Assembly (NCBI GenBank): GCA_963840035.1
Contig: CAWIXE010000002.1
Coordinates: 288,001-352,000, forward strand
Direction: 5' to 3'
Length of the DNA: 64,000 nucleotides
From: a candidate division FCPU426 bacterium
GTDB taxonomy: Bacteria; Oederibacteriota; PGYV01; Palsa-1178
Position numbers and translations under genes: made by a program. Of the stretch, positions 53,704 through 63,224 are shown piece by piece (positions within the stretch are counted from its first letter, which is position 1; every line of letters begins with the position of its first letter). The notes beneath the pieces were generated by a model. The model saw only the letters and a program-made list of their open reading frames with translations, had not been told where the DNA came from and searched no databases.

Positions 53704-56700
53704 ATGCTAAAAGAAAAAAGACTAACTAAATCTCCTAAATCTCTGTTTATACTATTATTTCTTTTCTTTTCTTCAACCATGTTTGCTGCCCATGATTACA
53801 GAAACGCCCTTTATCTTACAACCTATTATTACGGCGCGCAGCGGTGCGGCACATCATATTCCTGGCTTTTTGGCGCGTGCCATGTAAAGGACTCTGACGG
53901 CGCCGCAAAAATTGACGGCGGCTGGCATGACTGCGGGGACCATGTGAAATGGATGGGGACAGGAGCTTACGCGTGCGGCGTGCTGCTGGAAGGGTACCTC
54001 GCTTTTTCATCTTCGTATGAAGACAGGTATCAGCAGACAAATTCAAACGGCGCCTCAGACGGCATACCCGACATAGTAAATGAAGCGAAAGTATACACTG
54101 ATTTTCTTTTAAAGGCTTTATCAGGCGGAAAACTTTATGACCAGATAGGGAATTTCGGATCCGGTACGGGCGGCGACCATAAGCACTTCTCGGAGCCCCA
54201 TGACCAGTCGTTGAATTATACTTCGGCGGAAGGCGGCGAAAGCGACGGCCCCAGGGTATTCCGCGGCGTAACCGCGGCGTCGAACCTCGCGGGCAAAGCA
54301 GCGGCGTCGCTGGCGCTTATGGCCATCGCGTATAAAAATATCGACCTTGCCTACGCGACGCAGTGCTATAACAAAGCAAAGGATTATTTTACATTTGGCG
54401 ACGCGACAAAAGCTGTTTCGTCATCTGTACAGGGCAGCTATTACACCGAAACAAACTGGGCTGATGACATGTCCTGGGGGGCCATAGCCATATACAGGGC
54501 ATCAGTGGCATTGGGTACTCCAGATACATCATACCGCACAAAGGCAATCACATACGCTGACGATGCGGGTTTTCAGGGGGCGGGTTACTGGGTGCTGTGC
54601 TGGGACCATACCGAACAGATGGCAAATTACGGGCTGTGGCTTGTCACGGGCGACACAAAATACAGCGGCCGCATGAAAACGGAAGTTGATAAATACAAAA
54701 CAAAACTTGTTAACTGCACATCGGGCTCATATATGTTTTTTGGCTCTGGCTGGGGCGAACTGCGCTACGGAACGGCGGCCGCTTTTGTCTGCATGCTTTA
54801 TAATAAAAATGTCGCGGCAGACGCGGCGGCTGTTGATGTGGCAAAAAAGACCATTGATTATGTCCTGGGCACGCACTCCACGGCAGGCGACGCGCCGGCA
54901 GGGCGCTCTTTTGTGGTTGGTTATTCCAACCCTGATAATGTGGCGGCCGGCTGGGTACAACACCCCCATCACAGGGGCGCCTTTGGAAAAACAAAGGCGC
55001 AGAATGCCGACCAGCTCTTTCAGAATGAAAAAGCCTCACCCGGGTCTGTGCCTTACACAAACGTGCTTAAAGGGTCCATGATGGGCGGACTGACAGGGAA
55101 CTGTTCCACGTTTACCGATAATATTGACTCCTACCAGTGGACTGAAGGCGGCATAGATTATAACGCGGGGATTGTCGGGGCCATTGCCGGGCTTGTAAAT
55201 TACCTGAACCCGCCGACGCCAACATATTCGCCCACGCAGAACCTTTCCATGACAAGGACATATACGCCTACCGTATCCCCGACTTATACCATAACGCCGA
55301 TACCGCCGGCGACACACAAACTGAACCTTGAAATAAAGTCGGCAAGCCTGGCAAATACGTGCGGCGAGCAGGCCATGAATTATGACATTAAGATTACAAA
55401 TTATGATTCTGTGGACATAGATATCTCGACGTTGAAATGGAGGGTGTGGCTTAACACTGCCGCGTCAATTGTCGTGGAAAAATACGATTCAAGGATATTT
55501 GACGCTACTGGCACGGGCACAAGCAACCAGCCGGGGGTGGCATCTTCCGAGACGGCAATAGGTTCTATATGCAGCCTTGGCGGGAAAACCGCCAATAAAT
55601 ACATTGATGTTACGTTTACCGGGGCGTATTCGATACCGGCAAACGGGGGATATTTATACATGAAGGGCGTGGTAAGGACATCCTCTTACGCGAACCTGGA
55701 CCCCGAGTGCGATGATTATTCCACAATACCCGGCGCATGGGCAGCCTATACCAATTCATCGACGTTTACGCTCTACGAGGGGACTAACCTTGTATGCGAG
55801 TACCTGAATTCAACGACGCAGGATACGGCAAACACGGGAATAAATCCATGCACCGGCGCGACAGGCTGCCCAGGAGCAACGACAAAAACAAATACGCCAA
55901 CCGCGCCTACGTTTACAGCCACGCCGACAAGGACAAATACACCCGTGCCTACCCCGACGTCTACCGCGACACGGACAAATACGCCCGTGGCTCCGACCGC
56001 GACGCATACATCGACCAGGACGGTCACGCTTACAAATACGCCGCAGCCTCCGACATATACTTTCACTTCAACCCTGACAAATACACCTGTGCAGCCGACA
56101 GCAACGTTTACCGCGACTAAGACAAACTCACCCGTTCCACCGACCTCGACATTTACCCTCACGCGCACTAATACGCCGCTGCCGACCGATACTTTTACGC
56201 CGCTGCCAACAGTTACTTTTACTTCCACTTTTACGGCCTCAAAGAGCGCGACCCCGACCCCGACCCCGACAGTGACGCGGACATCATCAAGGACCGCCAC
56301 GCCGACGGTATCTGTCACATCAACAAAATCAATAACGCCTACGCTTACAATAACGCAGACGCATACGGCATCTCCGACAGAAACTGACTATGCAGGCACA
56401 CCGACCGATACATGGACAAGTTCGGCCACGCCGACTATTACGCAAACGCATACCGGCAGCCCCACGGAAACCTGGTCTGTCACCGATACTTATACAGCGA
56501 CGCCGACATTTACTTCCACGGACCTTCCTACGGAGACGAATACTCCCGTTAATACTGCCACGATGGTGCTGCCAAGCAGCACAAATACGCCTGTGAGCAC
56601 AGCCACGGATACCCCGGTGGACACTCCTGTTTATACTGCAACAAATACGCAGGTTAATACCCCGGTAAATACATTCACAAATACTCCCGTGGACACGCAG

Positions 56701-57177
56701 GTAAGCACTGCCACAAATACTCCGGTAAACACGCCGCAAAATACCCCGGTAAATACAGCGACCGCGACAAAAGTGCCTACTATGATTATTACCCCGACAT
56801 TTACACGGACGGCAATGCCGACAGCCGCGGAAACCCCCACAAATACGCCAATTACTGCCGCGACAAAAACAGATATAGAAATAATTCAGGTTAAACCTTT
56901 CCCGAACCCGTATAGCGGGACAGGGGATATGTCGCTGGGCCTTGAAATAACCAGGGCAATTAAGCAAATTGACATTTATATTTATACCTCCGGTTCAAGG
57001 CTTGTCAGGCATTATGCGCTTAATGAAAACCATGCCGCGGGATACTGCGTACTGGACATCAGCGGCGATAAATTTAACGGGCTTGCAAAAGCCACGTATT
57101 ACATGGTCGTAAAGGTGAAGGCTGATAACAATAAGGAAGCCGTCAGCGGTATTGAAAAGATAACTATTTTAAAATGA
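53704..57177 (+). CDS. GH9 endoglucanase + CBM3-like module + Thr-rich stalk + T9SS-like CTD
   Basis: YGAQRCG, GGWHDCGDHVK, HPHHR, TEGGIDYNA; IKITN...DISTLKWRVW and DDYS CBM3-like; FPNP...YYM...KITILK. Confidence 0.9.
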   Translation: MLKEKRLTKSPKSLFILLFLFFSSTMFAAHDYRNALYLTTYYYGAQRCGTSYSWLFGACHVKDSDGAAKIDGGWHDCGDHVKWMGTGAYACGVLLEGYLAFSSSYEDRYQQTNSNGASDGIPDIVNEAKVYTDFLLKALSGGKLYDQIGNFGSGTGGDHKHFSEPHDQSLNYTSAEGGESDGPRVFRGVTAASNLAGKAAASLALMAIAYKNIDLAYATQCYNKAKDYFTFGDATKAVSSSVQGSYYTETNWADDMSWGAIAIYRASVALGTPDTSYRTKAITYADDAGFQGAGYWVLCWDHTEQMANYGLWLVTGDTKYSGRMKTEVDKYKTKLVNCTSGSYMFFGSGWGELRYGTAAAFVCMLYNKNVAADAAAVDVAKKTIDYVLGTHSTAGDAPAGRSFVVGYSNPDNVAAGWVQHPHHRGAFGKTKAQNADQLFQNEKASPGSVPYTNVLKGSMMGGLTGNCSTFTDNIDSYQWTEGGIDYNAGIVGAIAGLVNYLNPPTPTYSPTQNLSMTRTYTPTVSPTYTITPIPPATHKLNLEIKSASLANTCGEQAMNYDIKITNYDSVDIDISTLKWRVWLNTAASIVVEKYDSRIFDATGTGTSNQPGVASSETAIGSICSLGGKTANKYIDVTFTGAYSIPANGGYLYMKGVVRTSSYANLDPECDDYSTIPGAWAAYTNSSTFTLYEGTNLVCEYLNSTTQDTANTGINPCTGATGCPGATTKTNTPTAPTFTATPTRTNTPVPTPTSTATRTNTPVAPTATHTSTRTVTLTNTPQPPTYTFTSTLTNTPVQPTATFTATKTNSPVPPTSTFTLTRTNTPLPTDTFTPLPTVTFTSTFTASKSATPTPTPTVTRTSSRTATPTVSVTSTKSITPTLTITQTHTASPTETDYAGTPTDTWTSSATPTITQTHTGSPTETWSVTDTYTATPTFTSTDLPTETNTPVNTATMVLPSSTNTPVSTATDTPVDTPVYTATNTQVNTPVNTFTNTPVDTQVSTATNTPVNTPQNTPVNTATATKVPTMIITPTFTRTAMPTAAETPTNTPITAATKTDIEIIQVKPFPNPYSGTGDMSLGLEITRAIKQIDIYIYTSGSRLVRHYALNENHAAGYCVLDISGDKFNGLAKATYYMVVKVKADNNKEAVSGIEKITILK

Positions 57178-57181
57178 TGCC

Positions 57182-57428
57182 GGCAGCCGCAGCCTTTAGA
57201 TGAGGCAGTTAATAGTTGTGTTGACAGATTACAAGATGTCATTGCGAGGAGGCGTTTTTGTTATTTGCCGGCGAAGCAATCCGGCTGCTTTTACAGGAAG
57301 AAACGAGATTGCTTCGTCGCCATGAATCAAATACGGCTCCTCGCAATGACAAACTGTAAATATTAAATACTACACTTTAGTCTATGTAAAGGCTGACCTG
57401 GTTTAGCAACCTGAAGGTTGCGGCTGCC
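57182..57428. repeat. Family A REPIN enclosing a TGTCATTGCG element (57237-57351)
   Basis: ggcagccgcagcctttag ... tgtcattgcgagga...gaagcaatc...gattgcttc...tcctcgcaatgaca ... gcaacctgaaggttgcggctgcc. Confidence 0.85.
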
Positions 57429-57534
57429 AAGGGAAAAACATTTCCCCGCAATACTTCCAAATGGCATGAAAAAGGTGTTGTTTAATGCAATTCAAATAGG
57501 TTTCGCCATGTAAAACCCCAACCCCTATTTTTTC

Positions 57535-57562
57535 GGAACTTCTGTTATAATGCGTTGTCTAA
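57535..57562 (+). promoter_or_regulatory. ECF-2 promoter candidate (RpoE-like consensus)
   Basis: GGAACT-N16-GTCTAA. Confidence 0.65.
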
Positions 57563-57614
57563 TACATAAGAATAGGTCTATGTATATATTTTTTTCAGGA
57601 AGAAGGCGCTTTGC

Positions 57615-60518
57615 GTGATAAACATTAATGCTAAAAAAACAGGCCCGAGTAACGCAAAACTTTTAATTACCCTGATTATTTTTATCCTATCCGCGTTTCC
57701 TTTGTTCGCGGCTACCAATGATTACGCCCAGGCTTTAAAGCTCGGGACCTATTTTTTTGGAGGGCAGCGCTGCGGCAATACACAGTCATGGCTCCATGGC
57801 GCATGCCACACACAGGACGGCTCCACGCAGGGTATGAGCCTATCCGGAGGCTGGCACGACTGCGGGGACCATATAAAATTCAGCCAGACCGGCGCTTACG
57901 CGGCCGCGCTGATGCTGTTATCCTATCTGGAGTTTACACCTTCTTTTAAGGATGATTATTCCACCGCAAATTCAGCCGCGCCTTCAAACGGGGTGCCGGA
58001 TGTGCTTGATGAAATAAAAATAGAGACTGATTATCTGCTGAATGTTTTTACCGGGACTGCCCTGTACTATCAGGCAGGGACAGGAGGGGATCCTGACCAC
58101 GCGTGTTTTACCGAACCTGTGACACAATCGGGCTGGACAACGGCCCAGGGCGGAAATCCGAGGACCGCGTATTCATACAACGGTTCCGCGGCGAATATTG
58201 CGGGCGTAACAGCCGCCGCGCTGGCGTATATGGCCATCGCTTACAGGCCATATAATTCGGCATACGCTGATTCCTGCCTTGCGGACGCTCAGGCCATATA
58301 TACTTTCGGAAAAAATTCAACAGGCTCCAGCGGGTCACAGTGCTGCTACTCATCGGCAAACTGGGCCGATGACATGTGCTGGGCTGCCGGCGCGTTATAC
58401 AGGGCAACCGGGACCGCAAGTTATATTACGGATGCCGCGAATTTTTATTCAAACGCAAATTACACGCAGCCGAGCGCGGGGCAGGTAAACTATTACGGCG
58501 GCTGGGACCATACTGAACCATACGGCGCTTATGAATTATGGAGGGGCACAGGCACAGCGGCTTACAGAACCATGCTGCAGACAGCCGTGGGGCTCTTCAA
58601 CGGAAAATTCACATCCTGCGGCGGGAGCGGATACTTCGCGCTCGACGGATGGGGGACTTTCAGGTACGCGTCAGCCGCAGCATTCATTAACCTGCTGTAC
58701 TATAAGATCGATAATACCGCCACGACGGCTTATAATAACGCCAAGGCAAATATGGATTTCATCCTGGGGTCGCATACGGCCTTTGGAAACGTGCCTGCCA
58801 ATTATTCATTTCTCATGGGATACAATGTGCAGGGCGGCGGAAACCCGCAGCATCCCCACCACAGGGCTGCTTTTGGAAAGACCACGGCTTATAATGTGTG
58901 GACAACATTTAACGCGGAGCAGAGTTCGCCCGGAAGCATACCATATGGTTTTTACCTTACCGGCGCCATGATTGGCGGGCTTGCTTCCTCATGTGGAAAT
59001 TTTGTGGACAATATCGGAAACGTAACCACCACAGAGGTTTGCACCGATTATAACGCGTGTTTTGTGGCGGCCATGGGCGCGCTGGTAAGTTATGTAAACC
59101 CCACAACTCCGACAAATACACCGGTGGCGCAATCGCCGACTTTTACGGTTACTTTCACAAGAACAGCAACAAAGACAGCGACAAAAACCGCAACAATGAC
59201 TTTTACACTTACAAACACGCCAAATCCTCCCACGGATACATTTACCCCGACTTTTACCCGGACCGCGACTAAGACTGCCACGCTAACTTCGACCATGACT
59301 TACACCATGACAAATACGCCTGTCGCGCCGACGTTTACATACACGGCGACTTTTACCGGGACGGCGACTAAAACAGCAACGCGGACTTCGACGATGACTT
59401 ACACATTAACAAATACCCCTGTTGCTTTCACGCCGACATTCACACAGACCTTTACCGCGACTGCGACAGTTTCATATACGCCGACACAGACGCCGTTGGC
59501 GCCTACAAATACTTTCACGGCAACGCGGTCATTTACCCTGACAGCCACGCCGACTAAGACGTCCACTGAAACATTTACAGTCACAGTTACGCCGAGCGGC
59601 ACAAAGACCGCCACCCTGACTGTTTCAAATACACAGACCATGACGGCCACCCCGACAAGAACAGTTACGCAGAGCCTGACTTCAACGCCGACGTTTACCA
59701 TCACTGAAACACATACTGCCTCGCCAACGGAAACTGATTATGCCGGTACGCCGACTGATACATATACGCCAACTCCTTCATTTACTGTTACACAGACAGG
59801 CACGGCATCGCCGACTTATACAGTCACTTACACTCTGACCGATACGCCTACGGCGGAAGATACCCCGACTCAGACAAATACACAGACAGGGACGCCTACT
59901 GAACTCCCGAGCGGGACAAATACTCCGAGCGGGACACAGACCATGCCATACACGGCCACATGGACGCCTTCAGTTACACAAACTGATACGCCTTTTGACA
60001 CGGCAACACAGACGCAGGTCGACACACCTGTACAGACTTACACACAGACGCCTGTTAATACAATTACATCAAGCCCGACGCAGACAGCCGTAAACTCCGC
60101 CTCGCCAACAAGGACTAACACTCCGGTTATCACAAATACATTTACGCGCACGATTGTCCCGACCAACACTGTCACTCCTACAGGAACGCCGGTTGGCGTG
60201 CCTACGGAAAAAGACATCAGGATAATCGATACAAAGCCGTACCCGTGCCCGTATATCAATTCGGCAGATTTGACGGTAGGATTCACGTTAACAAGGAACG
60301 CTGTGAAAACGGAATTTTATTTATATACCAAGGCGATGAGGCTGATCAGAAAATACTCTTTACCGGGAACATACGCTGCGGGGTATAACACGCTTAGCAT
60401 TGACAGCCCGTTGTTCGCAGGCATTTCAAGGGGCGTATACTATTTCGTAATAACGGCAACAGGGGATAATAAAGCGGTTGCAAAAAGCCGGATTGAAAAG
60501 CTTATAATACTTAAATAG
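57615..60518 (+). CDS. GH9 endoglucanase + long Thr-rich stalk + T9SS-like CTD
   Basis: FGGQRCG, GGWHDCGDHIK, HPHHR, TEVCTDYNA; YPCP...ISRGVYYF...KLIILK. Confidence 0.9.
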   Translation: MININAKKTGPSNAKLLITLIIFILSAFPLFAATNDYAQALKLGTYFFGGQRCGNTQSWLHGACHTQDGSTQGMSLSGGWHDCGDHIKFSQTGAYAAALMLLSYLEFTPSFKDDYSTANSAAPSNGVPDVLDEIKIETDYLLNVFTGTALYYQAGTGGDPDHACFTEPVTQSGWTTAQGGNPRTAYSYNGSAANIAGVTAAALAYMAIAYRPYNSAYADSCLADAQAIYTFGKNSTGSSGSQCCYSSANWADDMCWAAGALYRATGTASYITDAANFYSNANYTQPSAGQVNYYGGWDHTEPYGAYELWRGTGTAAYRTMLQTAVGLFNGKFTSCGGSGYFALDGWGTFRYASAAAFINLLYYKIDNTATTAYNNAKANMDFILGSHTAFGNVPANYSFLMGYNVQGGGNPQHPHHRAAFGKTTAYNVWTTFNAEQSSPGSIPYGFYLTGAMIGGLASSCGNFVDNIGNVTTTEVCTDYNACFVAAMGALVSYVNPTTPTNTPVAQSPTFTVTFTRTATKTATKTATMTFTLTNTPNPPTDTFTPTFTRTATKTATLTSTMTYTMTNTPVAPTFTYTATFTGTATKTATRTSTMTYTLTNTPVAFTPTFTQTFTATATVSYTPTQTPLAPTNTFTATRSFTLTATPTKTSTETFTVTVTPSGTKTATLTVSNTQTMTATPTRTVTQSLTSTPTFTITETHTASPTETDYAGTPTDTYTPTPSFTVTQTGTASPTYTVTYTLTDTPTAEDTPTQTNTQTGTPTELPSGTNTPSGTQTMPYTATWTPSVTQTDTPFDTATQTQVDTPVQTYTQTPVNTITSSPTQTAVNSASPTRTNTPVITNTFTRTIVPTNTVTPTGTPVGVPTEKDIRIIDTKPYPCPYINSADLTVGFTLTRNAVKTEFYLYTKAMRLIRKYSLPGTYAAGYNTLSIDSPLFAGISRGVYYFVITATGDNKAVAKSRIEKLIILK

Positions 60519-60521
60519 GGC

Positions 60522-60605
60522 GGATTATGAATTCTGGATTCCAGATTCTGGATTGAGGAAAAAACGGGCTTTTATTGGGTTTTAATCCAGAATCTAGAAT
60601 CAAGC
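60522..60605. repeat. Heptamer hairpin element GATTCTG ... CAGAATC
   Basis: gattatg aattctg gattcca gattctg gatt ... aatccagaatctagaatc. Confidence 0.8.
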
Positions 60606-60612
60606 AAAAAAC

Positions 60613-60638
60613 GCAACCTAAAACAAGCAGTTGCGTTA
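60613..60638 (+). promoter_or_regulatory. ECF-1 promoter candidate before the SLH-porin operon
   Basis: GCAACC-N15-CGTTA (AGTTAGT). Confidence 0.7.
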
Positions 60639-60676
60639 AGTTAGTGACGGGATTTTGCTGTGTTGATATATTAGCG

Positions 60677-60706
60677 CTAAACCGCTTTAGTTATAAAGCG
60701 TTTAAA
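60677..60706. promoter_or_regulatory. Tandem LacI-type operator candidates
   Basis: CTAAACCGCTTTAG (near-perfect palindrome, central CG) and ATAAAGCGTTTAAA. Confidence 0.55.
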
Positions 60707-60719
60707 CGCATAAAAACAA

Positions 60720-60748
60720 TTGACCTGATTTTTGGGGTTTGGTATAAT
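60720..60748 (+). promoter_or_regulatory. Near-consensus sigma70 promoter
   Basis: TTGACC-17-TATAAT. Confidence 0.75.
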
Positions 60749-60791
60749 AATGTAAATTTTTTGCTATAAAAAATTTTCGCAAGGAGAGAGC

Positions 60792-63209
60792 ATGAGTAAA
60801 AGGGACTCCGTGAAATTCTTACTTGTTATTTTTTCCTTTTTTGTTATTTCGCCGGCTTTCGCCGCTTTGGATAATCCTGTTATCATCCCGCAATCAGAGG
60901 GGATTTATGAGGATTTTTATCAGATGGCGCAGGCAGGCCTTATCAAGTCAGTTCCGGCGGACCAGTTCAGGTACGCCGCGATGTCGGATTATGAGGCGGC
61001 CGGTTATGTGGTAGAGGCCATGAACCTTTACGCCCAGGCCGGTGCCCCGAAAACCTCTTCAGGGATGGCAGCCAAGCTGCAGAAATATTTCGCCATTTAC
61101 AGGGCAAAGGCATTTGAGATATACGGCAAGACCATGGAAATGAGAAAGCAGCTAAAAAAAGTTGAGGGGCTTGTAAAGTCCCCGGACATAAAAGGCTTTG
61201 ATGAAGTTTTAGACGAAGCAAAAGATACCATGCCTGATGTCGAGGAAGAATTCAAAAACACCACGTTCCGCGGAGTCCCGCCTTTTAAGGTCATGGGCAT
61301 GCTCATGGCGCGCTGGCAGGACGTCGAAGCTTTCGGTATAGCGCCGGCGCACCACACATCGCTCGGCGGCACAGTGATGTCGCTTTGGACGGAAGGTATA
61401 GTATCAAGCGATGTGAGTTTTAAACTCAATTTAAATTTTGAAAGGCCGGCAAATGAAGCGGAAAAAGGGGATTTCCCCGAATACTGGGGAACAGGGCAGA
61501 GGTTCCTCGATAAGTACACCATTAACTTAACCCTCTGGGGATGGCAGGTCAATACAGGATTTTTCTGGGAAGACATCACGCCATTCATAGCAAAAGGAAA
61601 CCTTTCAGACAGGCCGGCGTTCTTTGACCGCGACCCGTACGTCCTTGAAGAGACCACAAAGGGCCACTTTGAAAACGCGTTCTTACATTCATTCATAAAG
61701 CGCGGGGACATATGGTCCATGCATGGTTTTTACGGCGTTGAATTTGCGAACATGGCGCTGCCCTGGGGCGCTAAGTTCAAGATTATGGGCGGCAAGGCGG
61801 AAAAGTTTGACGAGCGTTATGACAAGTTATACCTGTATGAATTTGCAGGAAGGTATGTTCAGGCAATTGACTTTTCTGTGTTAAGCGGAAGCCAGGTAGC
61901 CTTTAATTTCTTTAATACTTCAAATGAACTTGCGGAAGTGCAGACACTCGCCCCGGGCGTTCCGGGTCCGAATTATCCTGTAAAGCCTTTTGCATACCTG
62001 CAGTCAGCCACGATATTCGGCGGCGACGCTAAGATAAAACTTTTTAACACACTGAGCATCAACGGCGAAATTGAAATGGGAGACCTTTACAGCTACCTGC
62101 CCAAGCCGTTTGACGCGTACCCTGGTTTTTATCCGCCTAAGTACCACCAGCAGGGGCCGGCGTTATATTTAACCGGCATATTAAAGGACCTGATTCCTGT
62201 TGACCTTGAATTAAAATACACTTTTATAGACCCGAACTATGTGGCGCAGGCTTCGGCCGTTAATGACACCACAAGCAGGACCGTAAACGCGACGGGCAAA
62301 GGCGTTGAAATGACATGGAACACTTACGCCGGAGACCCCACGCTTATGTATAATAACATGAGCAGGATCGACGCGAGGGCTTCCATAGAACTGCCGGCGG
62401 CTTTCGGGTTCCTGAACCTCGCTTACGGCACGGCCTCGCAGGTTACCGCCACGACCAATAACGTATTTGTAGACCACTTTATATTCGGCAACAGGCTTAC
62501 AGGAGCCATGTGGTGGCAGCTCTTCTTCAGCCAGTACGGGTATCCGGTTGACGGAAGGGACGTGGGTTTCTACTCATACAACGCCATGGATCACCCGGCC
62601 ATACCGATGAAAGGCACCGGATACAGGTACATATTTACGGAAAAATGGCTTTCAAACAAGGAAATGATAAGGTCAAAAGACCCCAACACCAGCTTTAAAG
62701 AAACATCCCTGAAATTTACAACGAATATCAGTGCGGAACTGAAGTTGTCCATCCATAAGATGCTGGGGGCTATGGGCATACAGTCAGGCAATATATTCCT
62801 CGAGCTATACGGAGAGTTAAATTCACTCAGGCCGGGCAGTGATATGATGCCGACATTTGACCCGGATACGCTTTTCTCGCAGAATCTTATAAATACATTT
62901 ATAATATGGAATAACACAAGAAAATCCAGCCTGATGTTTGAGTACTCCATCGAAAGATGGACGACCAAACATTCGTACGTGGCTGTGGCTCCTACGACCA
63001 TAACACCGGCCACGCCGACCGGCTTCCTTTATGCGAACATCCCTATAGATTACTTTGACCAGAGCATCGGGGCGGGTTTTGATTATGATTTCGCGCCCAG
63101 GACGCAGATAGCGGTCAGGGTCAAAAAATTCATGCATAATGACCTTGTCGTAAAGAAACAGAGCTTTGACGGATGGTATCTCGGACTTGAACTGAAAAAC
63201 TTCTTCTAA
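60792..63209 (+). CDS. Large outer-membrane protein: degenerate SLH-like N-domain, coiled coil, beta-barrel (OmpM-like architecture)
   Basis: Signal peptide; YEDFYQMAQAGLI...MSDYEAA; helical segment; amphipathic strands; terminal LELKNFF. Confidence 0.7.
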   Translation: MSKRDSVKFLLVIFSFFVISPAFAALDNPVIIPQSEGIYEDFYQMAQAGLIKSVPADQFRYAAMSDYEAAGYVVEAMNLYAQAGAPKTSSGMAAKLQKYFAIYRAKAFEIYGKTMEMRKQLKKVEGLVKSPDIKGFDEVLDEAKDTMPDVEEEFKNTTFRGVPPFKVMGMLMARWQDVEAFGIAPAHHTSLGGTVMSLWTEGIVSSDVSFKLNLNFERPANEAEKGDFPEYWGTGQRFLDKYTINLTLWGWQVNTGFFWEDITPFIAKGNLSDRPAFFDRDPYVLEETTKGHFENAFLHSFIKRGDIWSMHGFYGVEFANMALPWGAKFKIMGGKAEKFDERYDKLYLYEFAGRYVQAIDFSVLSGSQVAFNFFNTSNELAEVQTLAPGVPGPNYPVKPFAYLQSATIFGGDAKIKLFNTLSINGEIEMGDLYSYLPKPFDAYPGFYPPKYHQQGPALYLTGILKDLIPVDLELKYTFIDPNYVAQASAVNDTTSRTVNATGKGVEMTWNTYAGDPTLMYNNMSRIDARASIELPAAFGFLNLAYGTASQVTATTNNVFVDHFIFGNRLTGAMWWQLFFSQYGYPVDGRDVGFYSYNAMDHPAIPMKGTGYRYIFTEKWLSNKEMIRSKDPNTSFKETSLKFTTNISAELKLSIHKMLGAMGIQSGNIFLELYGELNSLRPGSDMMPTFDPDTLFSQNLINTFIIWNNTRKSSLMFEYSIERWTTKHSYVAVAPTTITPATPTGFLYANIPIDYFDQSIGAGFDYDFAPRTQIAVRVKKFMHNDLVVKKQSFDGWYLGLELKNFF

Positions 63210-63224
63210 TAACGGAGGTAATAA

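Noticed and set aside
44569..60518. Cellulosome components
   Set aside because: No dockerin duplicated Ca-binding repeats or cohesins recognised
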